From positions 256,001 to 320,000 of the forward strand of contig CAVSPA010000004.1 of assembly GCA_963729715.1 (NCBI GenBank): a stretch of DNA of 64,000 nucleotides, in the 5' to 3' direction. The translations under genes and the position numbers were made by a program. Shown piece after piece: positions 31,658 to 41,310 of the stretch. The notes beneath the pieces are model-generated. The model searched no databases, was not told where the DNA came from, and saw only the letters and a program-made list of their open reading frames with translations. Numbering within the stretch: the first letter of the stretch is position 1; each line of letters begins with the position of its first letter. The stretch comes from an uncultured delta proteobacterium. Its GTDB lineage: Bacteria > Desulfobacterota > Syntrophia > Syntrophales > UBA2185.

Positions 31658-32863
31658 CTATTTCAATAACTTGATCTTTTCCTTCAATGGATTAAAGAAA
31701 TTTGTCAAAGGGGTGAAGGAGCCGTCCTCGCCCACCTTTACGATTCTCGCCTTGAATGATGCCCCGTGATCGGTTTGCGTATACGTAACATTGGGGACGA
31801 GGCCGCCGAAATCCTCGTTCCTGAAAGACTCCATTGCCTTATTGATCGTTTCTCTATTGATCTCTTTATATTTTTGATTGGCGCGGATAAATGCCCTCTC
31901 CATGATCATGCCGACAACGATACCTTCCCAGTACGATGCATCGAATTTTTCGACCGTCCTGTAACGCTTCCACAACTCAGTCATTACCTTAATGCCCCGA
32001 CTCTTGTCAGAGGGAACGCCTCCGGGAAACTGGATACGCAGCCTGTCCCTTATAAGGCCTTTGCCGAGCTTGAAGAAATCCGGGTCCGTCGACGTCCACG
32101 TGCCGAGGAATACGGGGTTATAATTTATACGGTCCGCGCTCTTAAAGGCCGTGACAATGGCCGCAGGAAGCATTTGCATGAATATGTATTCCGCACCTTT
32201 TCTCTGCAAACGGAGCAACTCAGTGGTCAAATCCACAGTCTTGGGAGGAAATTCTTCGATGGCCACAATATTCATATTGATCTTCTTTGCGTATTCTCTA
32301 CAGGGCTCGTGAATGGAGCGGCCATAGGCATTATTGTATGTAAGAAGACCCACCTTGGGCGCCTCCTTTCCTTTGTGGATGGCGCGTATATATTCCAGTA
32401 TGGCATAACTGTCCATCCGATAGCTCCCAAAGGGGAGATACATATAACTCACCGGGGGTTCAAGGAGTTCCCAGCTTGTCGAGTAATTGATGGTGGGGAT
32501 CCTGTATTGCTGAATGATCGGTTTGACTGCCAGGCCTTCTCCGGCTCCCCACGTGGCCATCATATCCACGCGATCCTGGATGGCAAATCTCTTGGCGGCG
32601 GCAACGGCCTCCGGAACCTTGTATTCCGTATCGACGAGGATCATTTCAATCCTGTTTCCACCGACGCCCCCCTTCACCTCGTTCACGTAACGGAAATAAT
32701 CCTGCTGTCCCCTTGCATGGAACTGTCCCCACGAGGATGCAGGACCGGTCATGTTTATTGCCGCACCAACCTTTATTGTATTGGCGTGAAGAGCTGTATT
32801 AGAGAGACAGACAGCGAGACCTATTATGGCTGAGCAGATACTTACGGTAGATCCTGTTTTCAT
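31658..32863 (-). CDS. ABC substrate-binding protein (LivJ/K-like type I PBP; aromatic/organic acid-binding type likely)
   Basis: Signal peptide, IKVG..MTGP, N.KGGVGG, DTEYKVPEA; SD GGAGG. Confidence 0.9.
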   Translation of the reverse strand: MKTGSTVSICSAIIGLAVCLSNTALHANTIKVGAAINMTGPASSWGQFHARGQQDYFRYVNEVKGGVGGNRIEMILVDTEYKVPEAVAAAKRFAIQDRVDMMATWGAGEGLAVKPIIQQYRIPTINYSTSWELLEPPVSYMYLPFGSYRMDSYAILEYIRAIHKGKEAPKVGLLTYNNAYGRSIHEPCREYAKKINMNIVAIEEFPPKTVDLTTELLRLQRKGAEYIFMQMLPAAIVTAFKSADRINYNPVFLGTWTSTDPDFFKLGKGLIRDRLRIQFPGGVPSDKSRGIKVMTELWKRYRTVEKFDASYWEGIVVGMIMERAFIRANQKYKEINRETINKAMESFRNEDFGGLVPNVTYTQTDHGASFKARIVKVGEDGSFTPLTNFFNPLKEKIKLLK

Positions 32864-32882
32864 ACGTGTCCTCCATCAAAAT

Positions 32883-32911
32883 AAAAAAGGCCTGGAAAAT
32901 TCACGGCCTTT
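32883..32911 (-). terminator. Second terminator hairpin of the Phe leader
   Basis: Minus strand AAAGGCC-gtgaattttcca-GGCCTTTTTT followed by ATTTTG. Confidence 0.65.
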
Positions 32912-32914
32912 CGC

Positions 32915-32953
32915 AAAAAAAAGCCGTCGGCAGTATTTGGTCTGCCCACGGCT
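32915..32953 (-). terminator. Attenuator terminator of the Phe leader
   Basis: Minus strand AGCCGTGGGCAG-accaaata-CTGCCGACGGC then T8. Confidence 0.9.
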
Positions 32954-32973
32954 ACATTTAAGAAAATCTCAGG

Positions 32974-33048
32974 TCATGAGCGCGGCAGGCAGACCTCACT
33001 AAAGAAACCAAAAAAGACAAAAAAACTTTCTGCCTGCATGTGCGTCAT
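32974..33048 (-). CDS. Phe-rich attenuation leader peptide MTHMQAESFFVFFGFFSEVCLPRS (24 aa)
   Basis: SD AAGGA before ATG; 6 Phe codons in 8; overlaps antiterminator arm; terminator follows. Confidence 0.88.
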   Translation of the reverse strand: MTHMQAESFFVFFGFFSEVCLPRS

Positions 33049-33086
33049 ATCCTTTATTCCGAGTGCTTATCTACAGTATACTCAGC

Positions 33087-33115
33087 CTTATAAAGCCAAT
33101 TGAGACCTGTGTCAA
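33087..33115 (-). promoter_or_regulatory. Sigma70-type promoter of the Phe leader/ABC operon
   Basis: Minus strand TTGACA-17 bp-TATAAG, about 40 nt before the leader ATG. Confidence 0.75.
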
Positions 33116-33134
33116 GAAAAAATCTTCACTAATT

Positions 33135-34499
33135 TCATTCTGCCCCAAGCTTTTCTATCCTGTAACGCAGTGAATCAAAACTCACTTGGAGAATCTCAGC
33201 AGCCTTGGTCTTGGAGCCCTTCGCTTTCTTAAGAGCTTTTTCTATGAGATGCTTTTCGTACTTTGCCACTTCTTCGTTGAGGTTCAAGCCGTCATCGGGT
33301 ATATCAGTATCAGCAAACCCTCTCACATCCTGGAGGCTGCCTGCCAGATGAAGGTTCTCCGGGAGGATTATGTTAGATGTCTCGAGGGCAACACTTCGTT
33401 CAATAATATTTTCAAGCTCCCTCACGTTTCCTGGAAAAGGATATTTCATCAGAAGCTCCAGTGCATACGAAGATATTGTCCTGACTTCTTTACCGAACTC
33501 CTTAGAACATTTTTCGATGAAATGCCTTGTTAAGACCGGTATATCCTCTCTCCTCTCTTTCAAGGGCGGAATGTTTATAGGTATGACATTTAGGCGAAAA
33601 TATAGATCTTCCCTGAAGGAACCGTCTCTAACTTTTTCTTCGAGATTCTTGTTCGTCGCCGAGATGATTCTGACATCGATCTTCTTCTCTTCCGCCCCCC
33701 CTACCCTTCGAAATGTCTTTTCCTGAACGACTCTGAGAAGTTTTACTTGAAGAAGCGGCGGTAAGTCACCTATCTCGTCGAGAAATATAGTGCCGCCGCG
33801 TGCGATCTCAAAGAGCCCTGATTTATCTCCGTAGGCGCCTGTAAATGCGCCTTTCACGTAGCCGAACAATTCGCTCTCGAGGAGGCTTTCGGGAACGCCG
33901 CCGCAATTAATCACTTCAAAAGGCATATTCTTTCTCGGACTATTTTCATGGATGGCCCTCGCTACAAGCTCTTTGCCTGTTCCGCTCTCCCCCAAAATCA
34001 GGACATTGGTGGGCGTTTCCGCCACCTTCTTAATGAGTGAATACACCTTAAGCATTCCCTTGCTCTTGCCGATCATATTTCCGAAAGATACCGCATCTTC
34101 CACTTCTTTAATGAATAAAGCATCTTCTCTTTTTACACCTTTTTTATCGAGGGCACTGCTGATAATGGTCTTTATATCTTCGATGTTGAAGCCCTTCTCG
34201 ATATAGTCATAGGCACCTTCCTTCATGGCCGAGACAGCCGTCTCAGGAGATGCGTAAGCGGTAATTAATATTACCATCGCCTCTTGGGTAATCTCTTTGA
34301 CCGCTTTCAAAAATTCTATGCCGTCTACCTTAGGCATCTTCAAGTCAGTGAGGATAAGATCAAATTTCTCTTTTTTGCAACGGTTCAGCGCTTTTGTTGC
34401 GTCAGGTGCGGTTGTCACATCATACCCTTCCCTGGTGAGCATGATCTCGAGAAATTCCCTTATTCCCTCATCGTCATCCACTACTAAAATTTTTGCCAC
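33135..34499 (-). CDS. pilR: Sigma54-dependent response regulator (PilR-like)
   Basis: REC, GESGTGKE, GAFTGA, FPGNVREL, Fis-type HTH; follows PilS-like kinase. Confidence 0.82.
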   Translation of the reverse strand: MAKILVVDDDEGIREFLEIMLTREGYDVTTAPDATKALNRCKKEKFDLILTDLKMPKVDGIEFLKAVKEITQEAMVILITAYASPETAVSAMKEGAYDYIEKGFNIEDIKTIISSALDKKGVKREDALFIKEVEDAVSFGNMIGKSKGMLKVYSLIKKVAETPTNVLILGESGTGKELVARAIHENSPRKNMPFEVINCGGVPESLLESELFGYVKGAFTGAYGDKSGLFEIARGGTIFLDEIGDLPPLLQVKLLRVVQEKTFRRVGGAEEKKIDVRIISATNKNLEEKVRDGSFREDLYFRLNVIPINIPPLKERREDIPVLTRHFIEKCSKEFGKEVRTISSYALELLMKYPFPGNVRELENIIERSVALETSNIILPENLHLAGSLQDVRGFADTDIPDDGLNLNEEVAKYEKHLIEKALKKAKGSKTKAAEILQVSFDSLRYRIEKLGAE

Positions 34500-34538
34500 G
34501 TACTCTCTCCTTGTGAAGAAAACCGATGATCACGGAAT

Positions 34539-36221
34539 TTAACTGCTTCCTCCAATCAAGGGCAAAGATACCATACAGATTGTCCCTTTTCCGACGCCCT
34601 TTCTAATCAAAATTCTTCCCGTGTATCCTTCGATGATTCTATTGACTATTGCAAGACCAAGGCCTGTTCCTCTCTCCCTCGTCGTGAAAAACGGTTCAAA
34701 TATCTTGTCCAGATATTTATCATCAATGCCATAACCCGTGTCACTCACCCGTATCTCCAGGGATTCACCGAGTGCACCGTCATATATCTTTCGCGTTTCT
34801 ACAGAGAGCTCGCCTCCTTCAGGCATAGATTGAACGGCATTCATGACAAGGTTCCATATAACTTCTCTTATTTCCGTCCTGTTGGCATAAACACCGAGAT
34901 TATCCGAGAATTCAAGACGAACCTTAATATCATCGTTCCAATCAGGCAGATACTGAATAGATTCTATCACGCCTTCGATGATTTCTTTCATGAAAACCGT
35001 CTCGCGTTCACCCGGCGCAGGTCTTGCGAGCAATAGAAAATCCTTTATGACGTGATCCAGCTGATCCTTGCCCCTGAGAATGATCTGCATGAGCTTTTCA
35101 TCTACCTCGGATAATTGCAGATCCCTCTTCAAAATCTGGATCGATCCGCTCAGAGAGGCAAGGGGATTTCTCATCTCATGTGCAAGACCAGCCGCCATTT
35201 CACCGATAATGGCCAGTCTCTTACTCTTTTCCAAGGCCTCTTCCATTTCTATCAGAGAAGTGATGTCCTGGAAAATTACAATGTCGCCTATCCTTTTTCC
35301 CTTGCTGTCTTTGAGAGTCGAAACCAGGCAGCTCAATATAAGCCGATTGTTCTTTTCACGGATAAATTCTATATTATATCTGTTTTTCGATGATCGTTTG
35401 TCATCATCTTCTTTGGTCTTCTCACGCACTTCGGCGAATCCGGGAAATACTTCGACGATATTTCTATTTTCGACGTCGGCAAAAGCAAATCCGGAGATTT
35501 CCTCAGCGGCTCTGTTAAAGGATTTTATTCTCCCCTGACGGTTGATCGTCATGATACCGGTCTCAACTGACTCGATGATACTCCTGTGCAATAAATCAAG
35601 TTGATCGAATGCAGTCTCTTTTTCGGCAAGAAGCGTCCGCACCTTTCTTTCCTGCTCAACTACGAAGCTCGCAAGGAGGCCGATAATGTAAAAAGACAGC
35701 AGGTGGACAAATATTCGCGAAAAGACATATCCGGCACCCATATCATAGTCATGAACAGCCAGCGCGTTTATGGGATGGATGACACCGTAATACTCCAAAT
35801 CCAGCAGCAAACCATATAGAATGCCCGAGGCTGAGGCGATGATGAGTCCGCCCCGCCTTTCCAAGAACAAGACCGAATATATGATGACCAAAGGATAGAA
35901 AACAGAATATATACTGCTAATTCCACCCGTTATGTACACAAGGAATGTTATTAAGGCTGCATCGGTGAGGGCCTGGATATATATGTTTAATCTATTCTTC
36001 TTGACGAACTTCAGAAGGAGAACATAAATTAAGGAAAGGAAGTAGGTTATCGCGCAAAGTGCGTAAAGCGATGTCAGCGCTTTCTCGGGAAATATTTCCG
36101 TTTTTTGGAACTTGATGAATGTTGTTACCATTAACAGGAAGGTAACGATTGCCACCCTCGACAGCATCAACCAGCGAAGTCTCGTTTCTATACCTTCTTC
36201 CTGCAATAATTGCTCACTCAT
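34539..36221 (-). CDS. pilS: Membrane sensor kinase (PilS-like)
   Basis: RLRWLMLSRV start, multi-TM region with TGGISSIYS, PAS, AHEMRNPL, PFFTT..GTGLGL. Confidence 0.82.
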   Translation of the reverse strand: MSEQLLQEEGIETRLRWLMLSRVAIVTFLLMVTTFIKFQKTEIFPEKALTSLYALCAITYFLSLIYVLLLKFVKKNRLNIYIQALTDAALITFLVYITGGISSIYSVFYPLVIIYSVLFLERRGGLIIASASGILYGLLLDLEYYGVIHPINALAVHDYDMGAGYVFSRIFVHLLSFYIIGLLASFVVEQERKVRTLLAEKETAFDQLDLLHRSIIESVETGIMTINRQGRIKSFNRAAEEISGFAFADVENRNIVEVFPGFAEVREKTKEDDDKRSSKNRYNIEFIREKNNRLILSCLVSTLKDSKGKRIGDIVIFQDITSLIEMEEALEKSKRLAIIGEMAAGLAHEMRNPLASLSGSIQILKRDLQLSEVDEKLMQIILRGKDQLDHVIKDFLLLARPAPGERETVFMKEIIEGVIESIQYLPDWNDDIKVRLEFSDNLGVYANRTEIREVIWNLVMNAVQSMPEGGELSVETRKIYDGALGESLEIRVSDTGYGIDDKYLDKIFEPFFTTRERGTGLGLAIVNRIIEGYTGRILIRKGVGKGTICMVSLPLIGGSS

Positions 36222-36443
36222 TTTATGACAACACCTGTGTCCGATCCATCCTGCGGACTGCTTTTTTTGAAGTAAGAAATGCGGGACAGATGCAAGGTCT
36301 GCTGTATCTGTCGTTCATGGTAAGCTATAACATTTCAAAAAATTAATCTAACGAAATTACAATGTTTATTAACTAATATCCCTGTCCCTAGACCCATTGC
36401 TCGAGAGCAGTTTAGCAAATATTCAGTCATTTTTAACCCCGAA

Positions 36444-36593
36444 GTAAAGAACCCCGTGCTTCCGCACGGGGCATTAAAACTCAAAATCTAACTGCTTGGG
36501 AGCTTTTCTTCATGCTTATGATACTCAATTCCTAAAGAACGGAAACCCTTTCCTCCCCGTGCTTCCGCACGGGGTATCCAGGGTTTGATTTTC
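36444..36593 (+). mobile_element. About 150-bp non-autonomous IS200/IS605-superfamily-like element (MITE)
   Basis: Identical hairpin CCCCGTGC-TTCC-GCACGGGG at 36452-36471 and 36555-36574; begins GTAAAGAACCCC, ends TTCCTCCCC..GGGGTATCC..TTTTC before ATGAA. Confidence 0.6.
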
Positions 36594-36627
36594 ATGAATC
36601 TTTTAACGAGCCGCTTTGGTCTATACC

Positions 36628-37351
36628 ATGGAGCAGCTATTAATTCCCCTTCTCTGTGCATTTGTCGCCGTGATTGCCATTGGTCATTTTTGGCGCATCG
36701 CCGACCTCCCGTTATTGATATCCCTCCTTCTCGTCTTGCTGCTTCTCCTTGCGGCATCAATAAAGAAATCGGCAAAACTGATTGCCATCCTCGTCATCCT
36801 TAATCAGTATCTTTAGCGGGAACATATAAGGACTTCATGAGGATCATAAAGGAGAAGAAGAGGACCTACAGGCTCGTGTCTGAAAGGGCGGGCGACATTA
36901 GACTCAATAATGTTAAGATCAGTATATTGAATCCGGGAGGCATGATTGAGTTGAAAGACGACCTTCCCAGGCGGTTCGATAAGACAAACAACGATGCTAT
37001 TGTCATGAAGATAGAAATGGGAAATGTGAGCGTTCTTCTGCCTGCCGATATCTCTGAGCCATCGGAGATGCGCATTGTCGATGCGCATAGGGATATCAGG
37101 AGCCAGGTTATGTTTGCCCCTCATCATGGGGGATTCACTTCGAGCACCGTAGCATTTCTAAAGAGAGTACAACCAGAAATTGCAGTGATAAGCTGCGGCA
37201 GAGAAAACGTATATAACGACCCCACCCGGACGTTCTTAGGAAATACTTCCGGCGAGGAACGAGGGTACTGAGAACCTACATAGACGGCGCCATCAACATA
37301 ACGATAGACGGCACTGATGTGACATACAATGTCTATGAAGACGGCTTATAG
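36628..37351 (+). pseudogene. comEC: ComEC/Rec2 competence gene remnant
   Basis: Hydrophobic N-terminus stops at 36816; then MBL-domain tail (NNDAIV, PADI, APHHG, AVISCG); frameshift near 37222 resumes HPDVLRKY..RTYIDGAI to TAG 37351; central domain missing. Confidence 0.85.
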
Positions 37352-37542
37352 ATCAAGTAAGCGCCCGCTTAACATAAGCTCCGCCGCCTTTTCGCACATG
37401 CCAAGAGCGAATTAATTATTGCACTTCAAGGCTTTATGTGTTATCGAACAACTCCTTTTAGCATAATTAAGAATACTGTTAAATGCATCTTGCATCGGCA
37501 AGAATAAACATCATGATGAGCAGGAGTGAACGGCCAGAAATT

Positions 37543-38808
37543 ATGGAAATTATCACCGCCGTAAGAGGATTTAAGGATATCCTTCCCGCGGAAGCGGGAA
37601 AATGGCAACAGATCGAGAAAATAGCGCGCGAAGTCCTTGCTAATTTCGGTTTCCGGGAAATAAGGGTTCCCATCCTCGAGAAGACAGAACTTTTCAAAAG
37701 AAGCATTGGTGAATCCACGGATATAGTCGAGAAAGAGATGTACACATTTCTCGATCGCGGGGATGAATATCTGACCCTGCGTCCTGAGGCGACGGCTTCC
37801 ATCGTGCGTGCATACCTTGAACATGTCATGTATGCACAGGATCCCGTGGCGAGGCTTTTTACCATCGGCCCGATGTTCAGGCGTGAAAGGCCGCAAAGCG
37901 GGAGATTTAGGCAGTTTCACCAGATCAACGCCGAACTTCTCGGACTCGATGATCCCCGCACAGACGCCGAAGTGATTCTCATGCTCATGCAGTTTCTCAT
38001 GCGCATAGAGATATCCGATCTGCATCTCATGATAAATTCCCTCGGATGCAGGGAATGCCGTCCTGCATTTAGAAAGGCACTGAGCAGCTTCTTGGCTGGA
38101 AAAGAAGAGCAGCTTTGCAGCGACTGTCGGAGGCGCCTTTCCATAAACCCCTTGCGGGTTTTCGATTGCAAGACGGCAAACTGCATTGAGGTCATCAATC
38201 ATGCCCCACGAATCCTCGACTTTCTATGCCCGGGCTGTATGGATCATTTTACAAAGGTAAAAGAGGCCCTGCGCACGTTTGCGATAGCTTTTGAAGTGAA
38301 TCCAAAGATGGTTCGCGGTCTCGACTACTACGCAAAAACGACCTTCGAAGTGGTGACAGAGCATCTCGGTGCGCAGAACGCGGTCGCTGGCGGAGGTCGC
38401 TATGATGGCCTCATTAAGGACCTGGGCGGCCCGGATGCGCCCGGAATCGGATTCGCCGTCGGATTGGAAAGGCTGATATCAATTTCACCTTTTGTGGATG
38501 CGAATTTCTTGATATCACCACAATTGTTCATTGCGGCCCTCGGAGATAGAGCGCAGGAAATGGCCTTCTCTCTTTGCAACCGCTTGCGCACGCGCGGAAT
38601 TCAAACAGAGATGGATTATTCAGGGAAGAGCCTCAAGAGCCAGATGAAAAGAGCGGACAAGCTCTCTTCCCGTTACGCTCTTATCCTCGGTGAAAGAGAA
38701 ATAACGGAAAACAAGGCCGAGTTCAGGGACATGCAAAAGGGCACGCAGGAAACCATAGGCCTTGATGATCCGGAAAAAACCATAATGAAGATCCTCAAAG
38801 GGAGTTGA
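37543..38808 (+). CDS. hisS: Histidyl-tRNA synthetase
   Basis: [41 protein letters not shown]. Confidence 0.98.
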   Translation: MEIITAVRGFKDILPAEAGKWQQIEKIAREVLANFGFREIRVPILEKTELFKRSIGESTDIVEKEMYTFLDRGDEYLTLRPEATASIVRAYLEHVMYAQDPVARLFTIGPMFRRERPQSGRFRQFHQINAELLGLDDPRTDAEVILMLMQFLMRIEISDLHLMINSLGCRECRPAFRKALSSFLAGKEEQLCSDCRRRLSINPLRVFDCKTANCIEVINHAPRILDFLCPGCMDHFTKVKEALRTFAIAFEVNPKMVRGLDYYAKTTFEVVTEHLGAQNAVAGGGRYDGLIKDLGGPDAPGIGFAVGLERLISISPFVDANFLISPQLFIAALGDRAQEMAFSLCNRLRTRGIQTEMDYSGKSLKSQMKRADKLSSRYALILGEREITENKAEFRDMQKGTQETIGLDDPEKTIMKILKGS

Positions 38809-38815
38809 TAGCACC

Positions 38816-40591
38816 GTGTCTGATTTTGTGACGGTTAAAAAAAGAACGCATTATTGCGGAAATCTGACGATTTCCAATGTCGGTGAGGAAGTAATCCTCA
38901 TGGGTTGGGTAAACAGAAGGAGAGATCATGGAGGCGTCATATTCATTGACCTTCGTGATCGCGAGGGCCTTGCCCAGATCGTCTTCAACCCCGATATCAG
39001 TCCTGAGAGCCACAGGGGCGCACAGGCTATCAGAAGCGAATTTGTCCTCTCTGTGCGCGGCACGGTGCAAGGAAGACCGGCGGGAATGGAAAATCCTGAT
39101 TTGGAAAGCGGCGCAATTGAAGTTACGGTTACGGAGCTCGAGATTCTGAGCGAAGCCAAGACGCCGCCGTTTGTCCTGAACGAAGACGCGGAGGTGTCTG
39201 AAACAGTCCGTTTGAGGTACCGCTATCTTGATCTGAGACGCCCGGAGATACAGAAGAATCTTATCCTCCGGAGTAAGATCGCAGCCGAAACGCGCCGCTA
39301 TTATCAAGAGAACGGATTCATTGAAGTGGAAACGCCGTTTCTTACGAAAAGCACTCCGGAGGGCGCACGGGACTATCTCGTTCCGAGCCGGGTTAATCCG
39401 GGCATGTTCTACGCCCTGCCCCAGTCGCCGCAGCTCTTTAAACAGCTTCTGATGATTTCGGGATTCGACAGGTATTACCAGATTGTCAAGTGTTTCCGGG
39501 ACGAAGATCTGAGGGCCGACAGGCAACCTGAATTTACGCAGATTGATGTTGAGATGTCATTTATAGCAGAGGATGATATCTATCGAATCACTGAAGGGCT
39601 GATTGCTCATCTCTTCGGGACCTGTCTCAATGCGGAATTGCAAATCCCGTTTCCTAAACTGTCCTATGCGGATGCCATGGAGATGTACGGCCGGGACAAC
39701 CCCGATATCCGTTTTGCCCTCGAATTAAAAGACCTCACAGACATCGTCAGAAACTCGGCGCTAAAGGTGTTTCAGGAAGTTGCCAGCACAGGCGGTGTGA
39801 TCAAGGCGATTAAGATAGAGGACGGGAAGAGTCTCACCCGGAAAGACCTCGATGGTCTTACTGACTATGTGAGCACCTATGGAGCAAAGGGTCTTGCGTG
39901 GGCGAGAGTTAATCCTGACGGATGGACATCGCCGATCTTTAAATTTCTGACGCCGTCTGAAGTCAAGGATATCAATGACAGAATGGATGTAAAAGAAGGA
40001 AATGTAATTGTTTTTCTTGCCGACTCGCCGTCCATCGTCAATGACGCGATGGGCAATCTAAGGAACCACCTTGCGAGAAAATTGAATCTCGTTAACCACA
40101 AACAGTATTCGTTCACATGGGTAAATAAATTTCCCCTGTTTGAGTATAGTGAGGCGGAAAAGAGATACGTATCCAAGCACCACCCCTTCACCTCCCCTGT
40201 CACGGAAGATATTCCCCTTCTTGGAACAGACCCCGGCAAGGTGAGAGCGAGGGCCTATGACCTCGTTCTCAATGGGATCGAGATAGGGGGGGGGAGCATC
40301 CGTATACACAGGCAGGATATCCAGTCCCTGATTTTCCGGACCCTCGGCATGGGAGACGAGGAAGCGAGGAGGAAGTTCGGCTTCCTGCTTGAAGCACTCG
40401 AATACGGCACGCCGCCGCATGGAGGCATCGCGATAGGTTTTGACAGGCTGGTTATGATAATGTCGGGCGTCGAGAGCATCAGAGATGTAATTGCATTTCC
40501 GAAGACGCAGAAGGCGACATGTCTCCTGACGGATGCCCCATCCGAAGTAAGTATCGAGCAGCTTATGGAACTTTCCCTGAAAATTGTGTGA
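38816..40591 (+). CDS. aspS: Aspartyl-tRNA synthetase (probably non-discriminating)
   Basis: [43 protein letters not shown]. Confidence 0.98.
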   Translation: MSDFVTVKKRTHYCGNLTISNVGEEVILMGWVNRRRDHGGVIFIDLRDREGLAQIVFNPDISPESHRGAQAIRSEFVLSVRGTVQGRPAGMENPDLESGAIEVTVTELEILSEAKTPPFVLNEDAEVSETVRLRYRYLDLRRPEIQKNLILRSKIAAETRRYYQENGFIEVETPFLTKSTPEGARDYLVPSRVNPGMFYALPQSPQLFKQLLMISGFDRYYQIVKCFRDEDLRADRQPEFTQIDVEMSFIAEDDIYRITEGLIAHLFGTCLNAELQIPFPKLSYADAMEMYGRDNPDIRFALELKDLTDIVRNSALKVFQEVASTGGVIKAIKIEDGKSLTRKDLDGLTDYVSTYGAKGLAWARVNPDGWTSPIFKFLTPSEVKDINDRMDVKEGNVIVFLADSPSIVNDAMGNLRNHLARKLNLVNHKQYSFTWVNKFPLFEYSEAEKRYVSKHHPFTSPVTEDIPLLGTDPGKVRARAYDLVLNGIEIGGGSIRIHRQDIQSLIFRTLGMGDEEARRKFGFLLEALEYGTPPHGGIAIGFDRLVMIMSGVESIRDVIAFPKTQKATCLLTDAPSEVSIEQLMELSLKIV

Positions 40592-40715
40592 TCTTCCAAG
40601 ATAATTTCTGTTGACAAGGCAATCCTTTTTTTATTAATCTGAAGTATAAGAAAGACAACGTCTGATTGGTTCTTGCTGACTTGCTAGGCGATAATAGAGG
40701 CGTGAGGAAAAGAAC

Positions 40716-41231
40716 ATGGTAAACTATCGAGGTAACGGCGCCTTCATAAATGCGTCCCTTACTCTTGTCCTTATTTTTGTTTTTTCGGCGTGCGCGACGG
40801 CGCCTACGAAAACTGCGGAACCCGAACAAGGGGTTGCCGCCGAGCAGAGAGTGGGGGTGCCGGCCCACGAAGCCAAGACTTCTGCACCGACGGAAAGACC
40901 GTTTGTCGGGAAACGTGATAACGTAGCAGCAAGAGAAAGTGCGGAGGAAGGGGCTGTTGCCTGTCTTTGCGAACAATACACCGTGAGAAAAGGCGATTCC
41001 CTGTGGTGGATAGCCAGATACAAAGACATATACAATGATCCGTTACTCTGGCCCATCATTTATGAGGCTAATAAGGAAATTATTAAAGACCCCAAACTGC
41101 TGTATCCGGGCCAGGAACTGGGCATACCGAGGGAAGGATACGGGATGGAGCAGATCAAGAACATAAGGAAGAAGGCAGGCGCAGCTAAGCCGTATCTGCC
41201 TCCACAGCAGGCAAATTTGCCGGTGGACTGA
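40716..41231 (+). CDS. LysM-domain lipoprotein
   Basis: Lipobox FSAC; YTVRKGDSLWWIA..WPIIYEAN..YPGQEL. Confidence 0.88.
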   Translation: MVNYRGNGAFINASLTLVLIFVFSACATAPTKTAEPEQGVAAEQRVGVPAHEAKTSAPTERPFVGKRDNVAARESAEEGAVACLCEQYTVRKGDSLWWIARYKDIYNDPLLWPIIYEANKEIIKDPKLLYPGQELGIPREGYGMEQIKNIRKKAGAAKPYLPPQQANLPVD

Positions 41232-41253
41232 AACCCGTGGCATATTCCCAACG

Positions 41254-41287
41254 AGGGCACAACTGGTTTCAGCGTGCCCTTTTTTTT
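41254..41287 (+). terminator. Intrinsic terminator
   Basis: AGGGCAC..GTGCCCT stem followed by T run. Confidence 0.8.
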
Positions 41288-41310
41288 AGGATAAAATCGG
41301 AGCTATCACT

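Noticed and set aside
31766..32833. 355-aa plus-strand ORF
   Set aside because: Antisense shadow of the ABC binding-protein gene; no recognisable motifs.
36452..36574. Two identical 20-mers as a possible CRISPR array
   Set aside because: Only two copies, 83-nt gap, no cas genes.
36488..36803. Short ORFs overlapping the hairpin element
   Set aside because: By-products of the element and the comEC remnant.
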